Assembly: GCA_965649265.1 (NCBI GenBank)
Contig: CBFGKC010000003.1
Location: 151,217 to 215,216, forward strand
Source: a candidate division WOR-3 bacterium
GTDB taxonomy: Bacteria > Hydrothermota > Tepidihabitantia > B3-TA06
Reading direction: 5' to 3'
DNA length: 64,000 nucleotides
In this document: piece after piece, positions 39,194 to 49,381 of the stretch
Layout: every line of letters begins with the position of its first letter
Numbering within the stretch: the stretch's first letter is position 1
Translations under genes and position numbers: made by a program
Notes under the pieces: generated by a model
What the model was told of the DNA's origin: nothing
What the model saw: only the letters and a program-made list of their open reading frames with translations
Databases searched by the model: none

Positions 39194-40129
39194 TCAGTCT
39201 TCGCGTGGAAATATGCGAAGTATGTCCTTTGAAATCTTTTCGACCGATTCGGCAAGATCGGTTTCGGAAATAAGACCGTCCGTCATCAATTCCTGCAGGC
39301 GCTTTTCGTTGACCATCGAAACCTTGTCCCAGTAGCCGAGCTTCTCAAGTATCTCCTTAAGCTTCAGCTGGTTGAGTTTGAAATGCGTCTCGCCGACAAG
39401 CCTAGCCGATCCCTTTGATGTGACTATTTTGCGTTCTTCCCTCTTGTTCATTTCTTCCGTTATCTGCTGCTTGAGCGATTCCATCTGTTTCTCTATCGCG
39501 GCCCGCTTCTCACGAAGCTCGAGATACGAGCCTATTATGGGCGAAAGATCATCCGCCAGGTCAGGGAATTCGAGTTTCTCGGGCAAAACCTGCGGCGTAT
39601 ATCCCGTGAAATAGAGATAGACGGATGTTCGTGAGGCTACGAAATCAGCCAGGTGCAGCGCCCACTCCAGAGGCTTTGAGGGCATCCTTAAAGGCTTTGG
39701 CCCCCAGATGCCCTGGTGGCATTCGACCGCTTTCATTATATCATCGAACTGCGAAGTCTCGACAGAGAGTTCCTTCAACTGGTAGCGGACTATCAACGGA
39801 TGATCCTCCTCAGTATGGCCGTTATCCGAAACCCCGTTCTTGAAGGAATCATGCAGTATTGAGGCCGATCTCAGCACGTCAAGGTTGACACCGTCTATCT
39901 TGAAGGCCTTAGCCATCTCGTTTGACAGGTATACGACTCTTTTGGTGTGAAGAACCAGACCGCCCTCTCCGAGCGTATCAAGCGGGTGGAAACGGCCTGA
40001 GGCCGAAGCTGGCACGTGCCAGAAATATCCTGGCACTCGCTCTAATGCTTTACCGGTAAAAAGACGAATAGATGGATCGGCAATGGCCGCCACTTCGTCG
40101 TCAAGATGAAAACGAAGCTCTTTATTCAT
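39194..40129 (-). CDS. HD-domain phosphohydrolase with C-terminal coiled-coil/beta domain
   Basis: PASASGRFHP....EGGLVLHT, ILHDSFK, HP, CHQG.WG, HLAD; YhaM/phage-like HD. Confidence 0.8.
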   Translation of the reverse strand: MNKELRFHLDDEVAAIADPSIRLFTGKALERVPGYFWHVPASASGRFHPLDTLGEGGLVLHTKRVVYLSNEMAKAFKIDGVNLDVLRSASILHDSFKNGVSDNGHTEEDHPLIVRYQLKELSVETSQFDDIMKAVECHQGIWGPKPLRMPSKPLEWALHLADFVASRTSVYLYFTGYTPQVLPEKLEFPDLADDLSPIIGSYLELREKRAAIEKQMESLKQQITEEMNKREERKIVTSKGSARLVGETHFKLNQLKLKEILEKLGYWDKVSMVNEKRLQELMTDGLISETDLAESVEKISKDILRIFPRED

Positions 40130-40314
40130 AAGCGTTAATGTTAAGTAAGAATAGGAATTTGTCAAATATCTCCGGCTTTCTCGTGATACCACAATCAAAG
40201 CACGCAGGGTGGTCAACAAGGCCGAAAAGACTTCTGCTGCAAAAAAACGACGTCGGCATCGAGCCTCTTCTCGATGTTATCGTGCCAATTGTATAGTTTG
40301 GGGAGGAGTGTTTT

Positions 40315-41289
40315 TTAAGCTTCTTCGAGCGATTCCTTTAGCGCTTTGATCAGAGGGACAAGACGCTCTTCGAGTGCTCCGAGGTCGGCTTTCGCGCGGT
40401 CAAGGGCCAGTACAAGATAGTAGCCTTCCGCCAGCAATGACAGGGAGTAAAGCCTGGTTTTGGACTCCATCAGCAGTTCTTTTAGATCACCCGCGAATTG
40501 CTTGGCCGCATCGATGACGTTTTTAGTCACCTGCGGTGAAAGCTCCTCTCTTGTGTCCAGCGCCCGCATGATGCTGACGCCGTCCTCTCGAACTATCCGT
40601 GCCGCGATGAACCCCGGAGTCTTTGCGCCCCAGTCCGTCATCCAGAGTTCTTCCTGAAAACCACGACCTGCACCCTCAACATGAGAAGGCTGCCAGATTT
40701 CTATGGTCCCAGACGCGCCTGATTTGTCTCCTTTTACGCCCGGGACCCCTTTAGTGTCCCCCTCCACCGGTTCCTCAATCCCGCCAAAGCCCTCCTCGCC
40801 CTCCTCGCTCTCCACGCCATCCACGCCATCCTCGCCCTCCTCACTCCCCTCACTTTCCTCATCCTTGCCTTCGGCACTGTCCTCGATTATTCCTGGAGCT
40901 TCGACTTTTTTGTCCTCTTCCGTCTCTATTTCCTCGACAAGCGTCAGCGCGTATCGCTTATCTTCGCTGCTTTGATCCTTGGCTTCCGCAAGCAAAGTTT
41001 TAATGTCGCGTTCGATGCTTACAACATCGGCGCAGAGGTCGGATATCTTTTCGTAAGACCCGTCTCTCATTAATACGACGGCCATAAAGGCCTCCTCCCC
41101 TGAAAGGCCTTCTGATTCCGCGTGAACCAATTTCCCCTTGTCGAAGTAAATGGTGCCCTCGCCTGATTCGACGTAAACCCTCACAGCGACTGTCTGTTTA
41201 AAGCGCCTCACCGTCCGCATGAGATTGAGGAGATGCAGGGAGAAGGGGCCTCGAAAATTCGTTTTGTCGCGGGTATCAGGCAAGAGCAA
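40315..41289 (-). CDS. DUF4388 domain + acidic linker + Roadblock-like C-terminal domain
   Basis: G.IYF.KG.LVHAE...LSGEEAF..V....G.Y; C-term PGFIAARIV.EDG...ELLMES...L...L..GYYLVLAL. Confidence 0.7.
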   Translation of the reverse strand: MLLPDTRDKTNFRGPFSLHLLNLMRTVRRFKQTVAVRVYVESGEGTIYFDKGKLVHAESEGLSGEEAFMAVVLMRDGSYEKISDLCADVVSIERDIKTLLAEAKDQSSEDKRYALTLVEEIETEEDKKVEAPGIIEDSAEGKDEESEGSEEGEDGVDGVESEEGEEGFGGIEEPVEGDTKGVPGVKGDKSGASGTIEIWQPSHVEGAGRGFQEELWMTDWGAKTPGFIAARIVREDGVSIMRALDTREELSPQVTKNVIDAAKQFAGDLKELLMESKTRLYSLSLLAEGYYLVLALDRAKADLGALEERLVPLIKALKESLEEA

Positions 41290-41410
41290 ACCTCCTTGTA
41301 GTTTAGTTCAGTCTAATCACAGAATTACGAAAGTCAAGAACCCCCTCCTTGTTCGCTCAGTGAACACGGGATATTTCTGCAAGCTTGCGCGTACTATCTT
41401 CGTGCAAGTC

Positions 41411-41447
41411 AAAAAAAGAGCCCGGCTCTTTTAAAAAAGCCGGGCTC
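41411..41447 (-). terminator. intrinsic terminator
   Basis: gagcccggct...agccgggctc hairpin followed by a T run on the minus strand. Confidence 0.85.
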
Positions 41448-41461
41448 GAAGCTTACTTCTT

Positions 41462-43333
41462 TTAGTGGATCAAAACAGCTCTGCCCATCAAAACTTTATC
41501 GCGAGTCTCAAGTCGCACAAAGTAGACGCCTGAGGCCATTCCGGAAGTGTTCCACAAGAGTTTGTGCAGACCTTGCCGCTGAGTCTCGTGATAGTCCTCG
41601 CGCACAAGGGTACCCGATGCGTCGAAGAGCGCAAGCCTCAAATCAGTCGGTTCAGGTATGTAATAGCTGATACCTAATGATCTTCCCGAGGCTTCAATCA
41701 TCAGAAATGCGCCGTTCGATTTAGGAATCTCCGCTACACCCGGCCCTTCCTTCAAGATGTAGGCGTTTTTGGAGAATTCGCTCGTGTTTCCCGCGGTATC
41801 GATTGCGACACTCGTTATGTAACTGCCGATGTCGGTATGCGTCATGACTATCTCGAACTTTCCTTCCTTGTCCGAAGTTCCTGTTCCCAGAAAAGTCTTC
41901 CCCTCGCCGTTGCCTGAAGGATCGACGCTCGCAGCAAAAACTTCCACAGTAGCGCCCTTTCGCGAATAACCTTCTATATGTCCGTACGCTCTCGTAGTGG
42001 AAACCGAGTCGAAGATCGGATAATTCATTTGTTCGTTGGCCCCGTTATCTATGTCGCTGCCGTCGTTCAAGTTCACACCTTCGGGGGCAAGATCGATTCC
42101 GAGTCCGCCGTTATCGAAAATGGAATTCCTGGTGATGGTGTTGAAGTCGGTTCCTGGGCCGGCCGCAAATATGCCTGCTCCGGTGTTGTTGGATATTTCA
42201 CAATTTTCAACCCTGCAATTCTGAACCAACCCATAAAGACTTATGCCGTGGCTTTTATTATTAGTAATCTTGTTGCCGAGTATCACGTGTCCGTTTGTGT
42301 TGGTGTCACTTGCAAGTATCCCGGACAGGGAGTGGTATGCAATCCAGTTGTCGAGTATGGAATCGCCGGAGGCGCCTTTGGTTAATTGTATACCCGAACC
42401 GGCGTTGCCCAAAGCCGCACCAGCGGCGGTGACGCCAATGCGGTTGTTCATTATCCATCCGGAATGGGCAATAGGTCCCGATACAAGTATGCCGTCCTGC
42501 GGATTCGCCGCGATAACATTAGCTGACAGAGAATCGGCTCCACCGATCATTGTTCTTTGTGGACCGCCGGAGGCGATTCCTTGAATGAGGATGCCTGACC
42601 CCGAACTGCTTAAACTGAGGGGCTTTGATGCACCGGTCTTATCCGTCCCAATCAGGTTCCCGACAATCATGTTGTCGTCTGAAGCATTGTCAAGGATAGC
42701 GATCTGTGCCGTATTGTTGCCGGAGATAACGTTTCGTTCCGCCGGTGTCGTGCCGCCGATAAGATTTCCTGAGGCCTTGTTGCGAAGAACGATCCCGGCC
42801 TGGTTGGATCCCCAATCGCTTGTTCCCAGGGTATCCAGGCCCAGCCAGCAGCCCCAAATATGGTTATACGATCCGCCGTCAATCATTATGCCACATCCGC
42901 CGGAATTGACGTCAAAGCCCTTTACCCGGGACAATATCAACCCGCATATTTCATTTGAATCCGATGTTATCGTCAAAGGTGCATACTGGGAATCGGTCAG
43001 TACACCGTCCATGAGAAGAAGAATCGAGGCATTGTCGGGTTCGCCGAAAAGGCCTGTTGACGGTTTTGAGCCTTCCTGGGAGTAACCGTTAATAAAGGTC
43101 CCATTATCTGTCAAGTATGGTAATTTGATGCCCGAATATATTATCGAGTACGGTGGGTCGGAATTGACAATATCAAATGTTATGGTGTCGGCACCTGCAT
43201 GAGCATTGGCGCTCTGAAGAGCCTCATACAGGGACCCCTGACCTGGGTTGTTGGTACTTGTCACGACGTATGTGGTTGCCTCAAGAGAGGTTATAGCTAC
43301 CACAAAAAAAGCTATTACTTTGAAAAACTTCAT
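41462..43333 (-). CDS. parallel beta-helix secreted protein with T9SS-type CTD
   Basis: VVTSTN..G.GSL..A...AN; N.IGG.....RNVISGN; GLGIDL; GNTSEFS; FDASG...GVYFVRL. Confidence 0.88.
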   Translation of the reverse strand: MKFFKVIAFFVVAITSLEATTYVVTSTNNPGQGSLYEALQSANAHAGADTITFDIVNSDPPYSIIYSGIKLPYLTDNGTFINGYSQEGSKPSTGLFGEPDNASILLLMDGVLTDSQYAPLTITSDSNEICGLILSRVKGFDVNSGGCGIMIDGGSYNHIWGCWLGLDTLGTSDWGSNQAGIVLRNKASGNLIGGTTPAERNVISGNNTAQIAILDNASDDNMIVGNLIGTDKTGASKPLSLSSSGSGILIQGIASGGPQRTMIGGADSLSANVIAANPQDGILVSGPIAHSGWIMNNRIGVTAAGAALGNAGSGIQLTKGASGDSILDNWIAYHSLSGILASDTNTNGHVILGNKITNNKSHGISLYGLVQNCRVENCEISNNTGAGIFAAGPGTDFNTITRNSIFDNGGLGIDLAPEGVNLNDGSDIDNGANEQMNYPIFDSVSTTRAYGHIEGYSRKGATVEVFAASVDPSGNGEGKTFLGTGTSDKEGKFEIVMTHTDIGSYITSVAIDTAGNTSEFSKNAYILKEGPGVAEIPKSNGAFLMIEASGRSLGISYYIPEPTDLRLALFDASGTLVREDYHETQRQGLHKLLWNTSGMASGVYFVRLETRDKVLMGRAVLIH

Positions 43334-43867
43334 ATTTCCTCCAGGTAAGTTTCGATCAAACTGCAACTAGAAATAAGGATAATCCTATATTCGTCTATGT
43401 CAAGAGTTTTAATCGTCGTGACTCCGTAACATAATACCCCTGGGGGAGGGGGTAGAGAAGACTATGGAACTACTGAAATCGTACAAGTATATACGGCACT
43501 TTATTAATCATCTCAAGCTCCGAATGCCTTGGGTGCGGTGCATATGCCATCATATTATATCGCAAAGACTTACGAAAGAAGGCTTGAATCGAAATTCACG
43601 ATGCCGTTATGCGTCCGATATGTCTTTGAGGGAAATAAGCCTCGATTATACCCGGAATGGATTCCCTGTTGCATACTTGACAAGACTAAACTTTAACCTA
43701 TCATATATACATACAAAGTAAAGTATAATCTAATCCGTCAGGCTCAGGATTTGGAGAGGATAAGTAGTGGCGTATTTTTTTAATAACCAGGGCGTAATTC
43801 CTGAATCTTATGTGAAGGAGAAGGTAGGGGTATTAAATCGCAAGGATTAAGAGCAAGGAAGTATGTC

Positions 43868-46800
43868 ATGAGGAGAGCCCGTGTAAGAAAAACAACCCAG
43901 GGGGAAAGAAAAAGAAGGGGTGGTTTCAACAATCAAGGTCATTTAGTAGAGCCCAGCATTCCTATCGGCGCGTTTCGCACCACACCTCAGGGAAAAGTAG
44001 TTTCCGCAAACACCGCCTTTGTCAAAATGATGGGATACTCTTCACAAAAAGCGATGCTCGATGCCGATGCCTCTGAGCATTACATGGAAGAAGAAAAGCG
44101 AAGCAAGCTTTTGCAGGCATTGGGGAAAAAAGGTGAGGTCACAGGTTTTGAAGCCCTTTTAAGAAGGAAGAAGGGGCCGCCTATATGGGTGTCAATGAGC
44201 GTAAAGGGCATCAGCGATTTCAAAGGAAGGCTGCAGTATCTGGACGGGATAGCCGAGGATATAACCAACCGCAAGGAAACCGAGGAGGCGCTGAAGACGG
44301 AAAGGGACAGGGCTCAAAATTATCTCGATATAGCAGGCGTAATCATGCTTGTAATAGACTCAAGGGGAATTGTGACCATGATCAACCAAAAAGGGGTTGA
44401 GGTTCTGGGATTCAGGGAAAAGGAGATAGTCGGAAAGAAGTGGTTCGACACGTTCGTCCCCCGAAGAATGAGGTCGCAGGTAAAACAGGTATTCAGGAAA
44501 ATAATCAAGGGGGAGGTGGAACCTTTCGAGTATTACGAAAACCCGGTGGTTACCAAAAAAGGCGACGAGCGTATCATAGCCTGGCACAACACCATACTCC
44601 GCGATGCAAAAGGGAACGTAACCGCATCACTCAGTTCAGGACTCGACATAACAGAGCGTAAGATCGCCGAGGATAAGGAGAGGGCCTATAATCGCAATCT
44701 TTCGTTTCTGTCCAGAACGGCCATGGATTTTGTGGCTTTTGACGAAAAGAAAGATATCTTCGAGTACATAGCGTCGAAACTCATGGCTCTCGTCGAAAAT
44801 GCCGTACTCATTGCCGTGACCTCTTACGACGAGATTCAAGACAAATTCACCGTCAGGCAGCTGTCGAGTCACAAGCGTAACCTCAAGATAATCAGCGATA
44901 TCATGGGTAAAAACCCAAAGGGAATGTCTTTTTACATGAGGGAAAAGGAGAAGATGATCCTTAGAGATCCAAAGATATTCGTATTATCGAAAAGTCTTGA
45001 AAAGATAACCCGTGGTAATCTTTTGGATGAAACGCTGGGTAGAATAAGAAAGCTGACAGGTCTTGGTGACATGTGTGTCATGGGATTCAACAGGTCCGGA
45101 AAGTTTTACGGTTCCGCAGTTGCCATATTGAAAACCGGCGCCCGTCTCGAGAATCAGGAGATAGTGGAAGCCTTTATTAACCAGGCCGCGGTCGCACTTC
45201 AGCGAAAGCGTGCCGAGGAGGCTTTGCGCGAGGGTGAAAGATTCCTATCGAGCGTTTTTTCAAGCATACAGGACGGCGTCAGCGTACTCGACGAAAAACT
45301 TAACATAATTCGCGTCAATCCGACTATGGAAAAATGGTTTTCAAGAGCGCTGCCTCTTACAGGCAAGAACTGCCACGAGGCTTACCACAGCAGGGACATT
45401 CCTTGTGAAGTGTGTCCCACGCTCAGGACGCTGAAAAAAGGAAAAACGGCAACGGGTATAATCCCTAAAAGGGGATCGAACGGGGAAATAGTCGGCTGGT
45501 TCGATCTTTACAGCTTTCCGCTTGTCGATCTCACAACGGGAAAGACCCGAGGTGTAATAGAATACATCCGCGATATATCCGATCGCAAACAGGCGGAAGA
45601 GGCTTTGAAGGAATCGGAAGAGAAATACCGGTCCCTTGTAGAAAACATGCGCAAGGGACTGCTGGTCTACGATTGGGAAAAAGACACTACCGTATACGCC
45701 AATAAAACGGTTGAGGAGATATTCGGTTTTCCTGTCGAAGCAAGCACTCGAAATACCAAAAAAGGGTTGTCCGAACTGCTGACCGGAATCACGGTTGAAG
45801 GCGAGAGGAACGAACTGGCCGACACCTTGAAAACGGCCGCCGAACTCCGCAGGAACGGCTATTCCGAAACCATGGATTTCGAGATGCGCATAATGAGGGG
45901 TGACGGTCGAATAAGTTGGTTACACGCGAGAACCTATCCTGTTCAAAGCAATTCCACATTGAGCTACATAATTCTTGAGGACATTTCGGAGCGCAAACGA
46001 GCAGAAGAAACGCTCAAGGAATCAGAAGAAAAATACAGCGAGCTTTTCCATCACTCCAACGATGCCATATTCATACATGACCCTGAAGGTAACATAGTTG
46101 ATGTGAATCAGAAAGCCCTCGATCTCTTTGGATTTTCGAGACAGGAAATAATGCGTTTGAAAATAAGAGATCTTCACCCGGAGAAAGAATTCGAACAATC
46201 AAAGATGGCCTTTGAGACGGTGACAACACAAGGGCACGTCAAATTCGAGATAGAATTCAAAAAGAAGAACGGGCTATGCTTCCCGGCGGAAGTTTCCTCG
46301 AGCATGTTCGAGATAGGCGGCCGCAAGGTTATTCAGGGTATAGTCCGGGACATTACGGAACGCAAACGATTCGAGGAAAAACTTATCCGTTCCTCAAAGC
46401 TTGCGTCGCTGGGTGTACTGGCCGGAGGCATCGCTCACCAGATCAATAACCCTCTGGCCACAATGCTTTTTGCATCGAGTTCACTCAGGGACCTCCTGGC
46501 AAAGAAAGATGATTTTACCGATCAGGCAAGAACGAAATCAATGGAGTATATAGACACCCTGGAAAGGCAAATAGAACGCGCACACAGAGTTACATCTGGA
46601 CTTCTGGCCTTCGCGCAGACCAGAAGAGTACAGATAAAACCCACGAGCATCACCGAAGTCATAGAGAAAGCCGTGGAATTCCTGGCAGGACAGCTTACTC
46701 TTGACGATATCGATATCGAAATTTCGATAGAGCCTGATCTTCCCGATGCCCTGGTCGACCCTGTTGCCCTTGAGGAGGTTATCATAAACCTGGCTCAGAA

Positions 46801-47107
46801 CTCTTTCGAAGCCATGAAGTGGAAAGGGAAAATAACCATTCGCGGTACGGGAGACTCCGCAAATATGATCAGGATCAAGGTGAGTGACAACGGGCCGGGA
46901 ATTTCCGAAGAGATAAAGAGAGAAATCTTCGATCCCCTTTTTACGACCAAGGAATTCGACAAGGGGACCGGGCTCGGATTATCAGTTACGGCAATGCTGC
47001 TTGAACGATTGGATGGGCGCATATGGTTTGAGGATACCCCGGGAGGGGGTGCGACTTTTGTGGTCGAAATTCCGTCCGTGAACCATCAAAAGGCGGAAAA
47101 GGTTTAG
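43868..47107 (+). CDS. multi-PAS/GAF cytoplasmic sensor histidine kinase
   Basis: Five PAS/PAC units (DITERK), H-box AHQINNPL, N-box NL.QNS, DNGPGI, GTGLGL. Confidence 0.95.
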   Translation: MRRARVRKTTQGERKRRGGFNNQGHLVEPSIPIGAFRTTPQGKVVSANTAFVKMMGYSSQKAMLDADASEHYMEEEKRSKLLQALGKKGEVTGFEALLRRKKGPPIWVSMSVKGISDFKGRLQYLDGIAEDITNRKETEEALKTERDRAQNYLDIAGVIMLVIDSRGIVTMINQKGVEVLGFREKEIVGKKWFDTFVPRRMRSQVKQVFRKIIKGEVEPFEYYENPVVTKKGDERIIAWHNTILRDAKGNVTASLSSGLDITERKIAEDKERAYNRNLSFLSRTAMDFVAFDEKKDIFEYIASKLMALVENAVLIAVTSYDEIQDKFTVRQLSSHKRNLKIISDIMGKNPKGMSFYMREKEKMILRDPKIFVLSKSLEKITRGNLLDETLGRIRKLTGLGDMCVMGFNRSGKFYGSAVAILKTGARLENQEIVEAFINQAAVALQRKRAEEALREGERFLSSVFSSIQDGVSVLDEKLNIIRVNPTMEKWFSRALPLTGKNCHEAYHSRDIPCEVCPTLRTLKKGKTATGIIPKRGSNGEIVGWFDLYSFPLVDLTTGKTRGVIEYIRDISDRKQAEEALKESEEKYRSLVENMRKGLLVYDWEKDTTVYANKTVEEIFGFPVEASTRNTKKGLSELLTGITVEGERNELADTLKTAAELRRNGYSETMDFEMRIMRGDGRISWLHARTYPVQSNSTLSYIILEDISERKRAEETLKESEEKYSELFHHSNDAIFIHDPEGNIVDVNQKALDLFGFSRQEIMRLKIRDLHPEKEFEQSKMAFETVTTQGHVKFEIEFKKKNGLCFPAEVSSSMFEIGGRKVIQGIVRDITERKRFEEKLIRSSKLASLGVLAGGIAHQINNPLATMLFASSSLRDLLAKKDDFTDQARTKSMEYIDTLERQIERAHRVTSGLLAFAQTRRVQIKPTSITEVIEKAVEFLAGQLTLDDIDIEISIEPDLPDALVDPVALEEVIINLAQNSFEAMKWKGKITIRGTGDSANMIRIKVSDNGPGISEEIKREIFDPLFTTKEFDKGTGLGLSVTAMLLERLDGRIWFEDTPGGGATFVVEIPSVNHQKAEKV

Positions 47108-47116
47108 TGAACTCTC

Positions 47117-48526
47117 ATGCAGGCATCTACGGATTGTAAAGGTATTCGTGTTCTGATGGTGGACGACGAGGAGTCGTTTCTCAAAATGGCTTCCGAGACC
47201 CTTGTTGCAAGGCAATGCGATGTCGTAACCGCATCGAACTCTGAACAAGCCATGTCGGCAATAGAATCCGATTTCTTCGACGTGGTTGTTCTCGACGTTC
47301 AAATGCCCGGAGTGGACGGCCTTGCCCTCCTAAAGAGGCTCTCCGCGGAACGCCCCACCTTGCAGGTGATGATGCTTTCCGGGCATGCAACACTCCAAAT
47401 GGCGGTTGAGGCGATGAAGCTTGGCGCCTTTGAATTCCTTGAGAAACCTCTTAACGTAGAGAACTTTTTCCAGGCAATCAAACGCGCCGCCGACAAGGCT
47501 CATCTTGAAAGACAAAACATCGCGATGGGCGAGGAGCTTGAGCGTACAACCCTGCGCGGCCCCATAATCGGGGAGAGTGATGCGATGAAGGAAGTTTTTT
47601 CTTTCATCGACAAAGCGGCGTCATCGCAATTGCCCGTTCTCATAACCGGCGAGAGCGGCACGGGAAAGGAACTCGTGGCCAGAGCCATACACGCCAAGAG
47701 CCGTCGCTCCACATACCCTCTCGTCGTCGTAGACGGCTCAAGCCTGCGTGAAGAACTTTTGGCCTCTGAGCTTTTCGGACACGTTAAAGGCGCGTTCACG
47801 GGAGCTCACGCGAAAAAAGCGGGTCTCTTCGAAGTCGCGGACAGAGGTTCGATATTCATGGATGAGGTTGGTGAGTTGTCTCAACCGAACCAGGCCGCTT
47901 TGCTGAGGGTAATCGAATACGGCACATTCAGACCTGTTGGGGCTGTTCGCGAAATTCACACGGACGTACGCATAATAGCCGCCACTAACAAGGACATCGC
48001 TAAGGCTTCAGGAACGGGTGAGTTCAGGCAGGATCTTTTCTTCAGGCTCAAGGGAATGACAATAAATCTTCCACCGCTTTGTGAACATCCCTCGGATATT
48101 CCTCTTCTCGCCTCATTCTTTCTGTCTGGATACAACGCCAAATCCGGCAAGCCCCTGCGGTTTTCAGACGATGTGCTCGAGGTATTCGACAAGTACACCT
48201 GGCCCGGAAACGTAAGGGAAATGCGCTACGTTGTCGAGCTCGCCGCTTTGTCCGCCGACGATTCCGGAGAAATAAAGCTGCACCATCTTCCTGAAGGCAT
48301 AAGAAACGGCAAACCAAAACAGGTCTCTAGTGAAAGAGAAATAAATGTTTTTGCTTACGAAGACCTCGACAATTTGACGCTCGAAGAGTTCCGGAATCGT
48401 TATGAAAGAATCTACGTTGAGCGTCTGCTCGTTAAATACAAAGGAAACAAATCCGAAGTATCCCGCATCCTGGGTTTGAGTTCTTCCGTGTTCTACCGTA
48501 TGCTGCGAAGGCTCGGACTTTTTTGA
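47117..48526 (+). CDS. sigma-54-dependent NtrC-family response regulator
   Basis: REC (VDDE, LDVQMP), GESGTGKE, GAFTGA, WPGNVRE, Fis-type HTH. Confidence 0.97.
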   Translation: MQASTDCKGIRVLMVDDEESFLKMASETLVARQCDVVTASNSEQAMSAIESDFFDVVVLDVQMPGVDGLALLKRLSAERPTLQVMMLSGHATLQMAVEAMKLGAFEFLEKPLNVENFFQAIKRAADKAHLERQNIAMGEELERTTLRGPIIGESDAMKEVFSFIDKAASSQLPVLITGESGTGKELVARAIHAKSRRSTYPLVVVDGSSLREELLASELFGHVKGAFTGAHAKKAGLFEVADRGSIFMDEVGELSQPNQAALLRVIEYGTFRPVGAVREIHTDVRIIAATNKDIAKASGTGEFRQDLFFRLKGMTINLPPLCEHPSDIPLLASFFLSGYNAKSGKPLRFSDDVLEVFDKYTWPGNVREMRYVVELAALSADDSGEIKLHHLPEGIRNGKPKQVSSEREINVFAYEDLDNLTLEEFRNRYERIYVERLLVKYKGNKSEVSRILGLSSSVFYRMLRRLGLF

Positions 48527-48657
48527 AGTCGTGAAGGCTTCTCCATCCTTCTAAAAGAGAACAATTTACTCTTCTAAAGAAGAATTACCCGGAACTCGAT
48601 GAGAGTGCTTGCTGGTGTAAACTCACAAAATAATAATCTTACGAAACGGCAAAGATG

Positions 48658-48673
48658 TGGCACGGCGATTGCT
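48658..48673 (+). promoter_or_regulatory. sigma-54 -24/-12 promoter
   Basis: TGGCAC-GGCGA-TTGCT, exact consensus spacing. Confidence 0.85.
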
Positions 48674-48683
48674 ACATAATCAA

Positions 48684-48795
48684 GCTAGAGTGAATGAATC
48701 GTATTTAAGGCTCTGGCAAGAGATATAATAAATTACGCCCTCCTCCCACTTCCATACCTATACGGCGGCTGCGACAAAGCAGCCGCCGAATCCTT
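48684..48795 (+). ncRNA. candidate sigma-54-dependent small RNA or structured leader
   Basis: Follows the sigma-54 promoter; no convincing ORF; C/U-rich ccctcctcccacttcc tract then hairpin cggcggctgc-gacaaa-gcagccgccg. Confidence 0.4.
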
Positions 48796-49072
48796 AAAGA
48801 ACGATTTATGTTGGTGAATGTCATTTGGAAGAAAGGTGGCAAAGCTTTACCTCCTCGTTTTGGAAAATGGCACTTATCTTCCGGTATTTTGTTTTCGATC
48901 GGTACGTCTCATAATTCACGTCTGCATAAGATATCGAAGCGTTCTAAATCAGGCAGATGTATTCTTCCGAATAAGAAGAAAATCTTCCTTATCCGCAGAG
49001 ATGATGAATTCTATTAAATCCTGCTGATGGATTTAAGTCAAGCATTGTCTTGACATGAATTCTATCCAAGGC

Positions 49073-49088
49073 TGGCATGGAGATTGCT
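49073..49088 (+). promoter_or_regulatory. sigma-54 -24/-12 promoter
   Basis: TGGCAT-GGAGA-TTGCT; upstream palindromes ttaaatcc-N7-ggatttaa and gtcaag-N6-cttgac. Confidence 0.8.
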
Positions 49089-49381
49089 CTTTAGTTCTCC
49101 ACGAACAGGAGTTGTTTCAAGAGTGGCTTTGTAGCGGCGCTGGATTCTAATGACCGGAAAATATACTCTCCACGTTTTAGGTTGTAGAATGCGCCCTGGG
49201 TATTGTGACATTTGGAAATTAGGGTGAGCAAAATAAATCTTCCTTTCCTTACGGATATGCAATACTTTCAGGGCGTATTCTACAAATACTAATAACAGGA
49301 AGATAGGATTGCGGCGTTTATGAACTGATGAGTGTCTTTCGTTTGGAAATGACTATTTCAAAAGCTCAACGGAGAATTGAA

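Noticed and set aside
43435-43454. CsoR/RcnR-like operator TACCCC-N8-GGGGTA
   Set aside because: Spacer longer than typical and no metal-homeostasis gene adjacent
43464-43721. 85-aa ORF in the divergent promoter region
   Set aside because: No recognisable motif; overlaps the TTGACA-N16-TATCAT promoter of the sensor kinase
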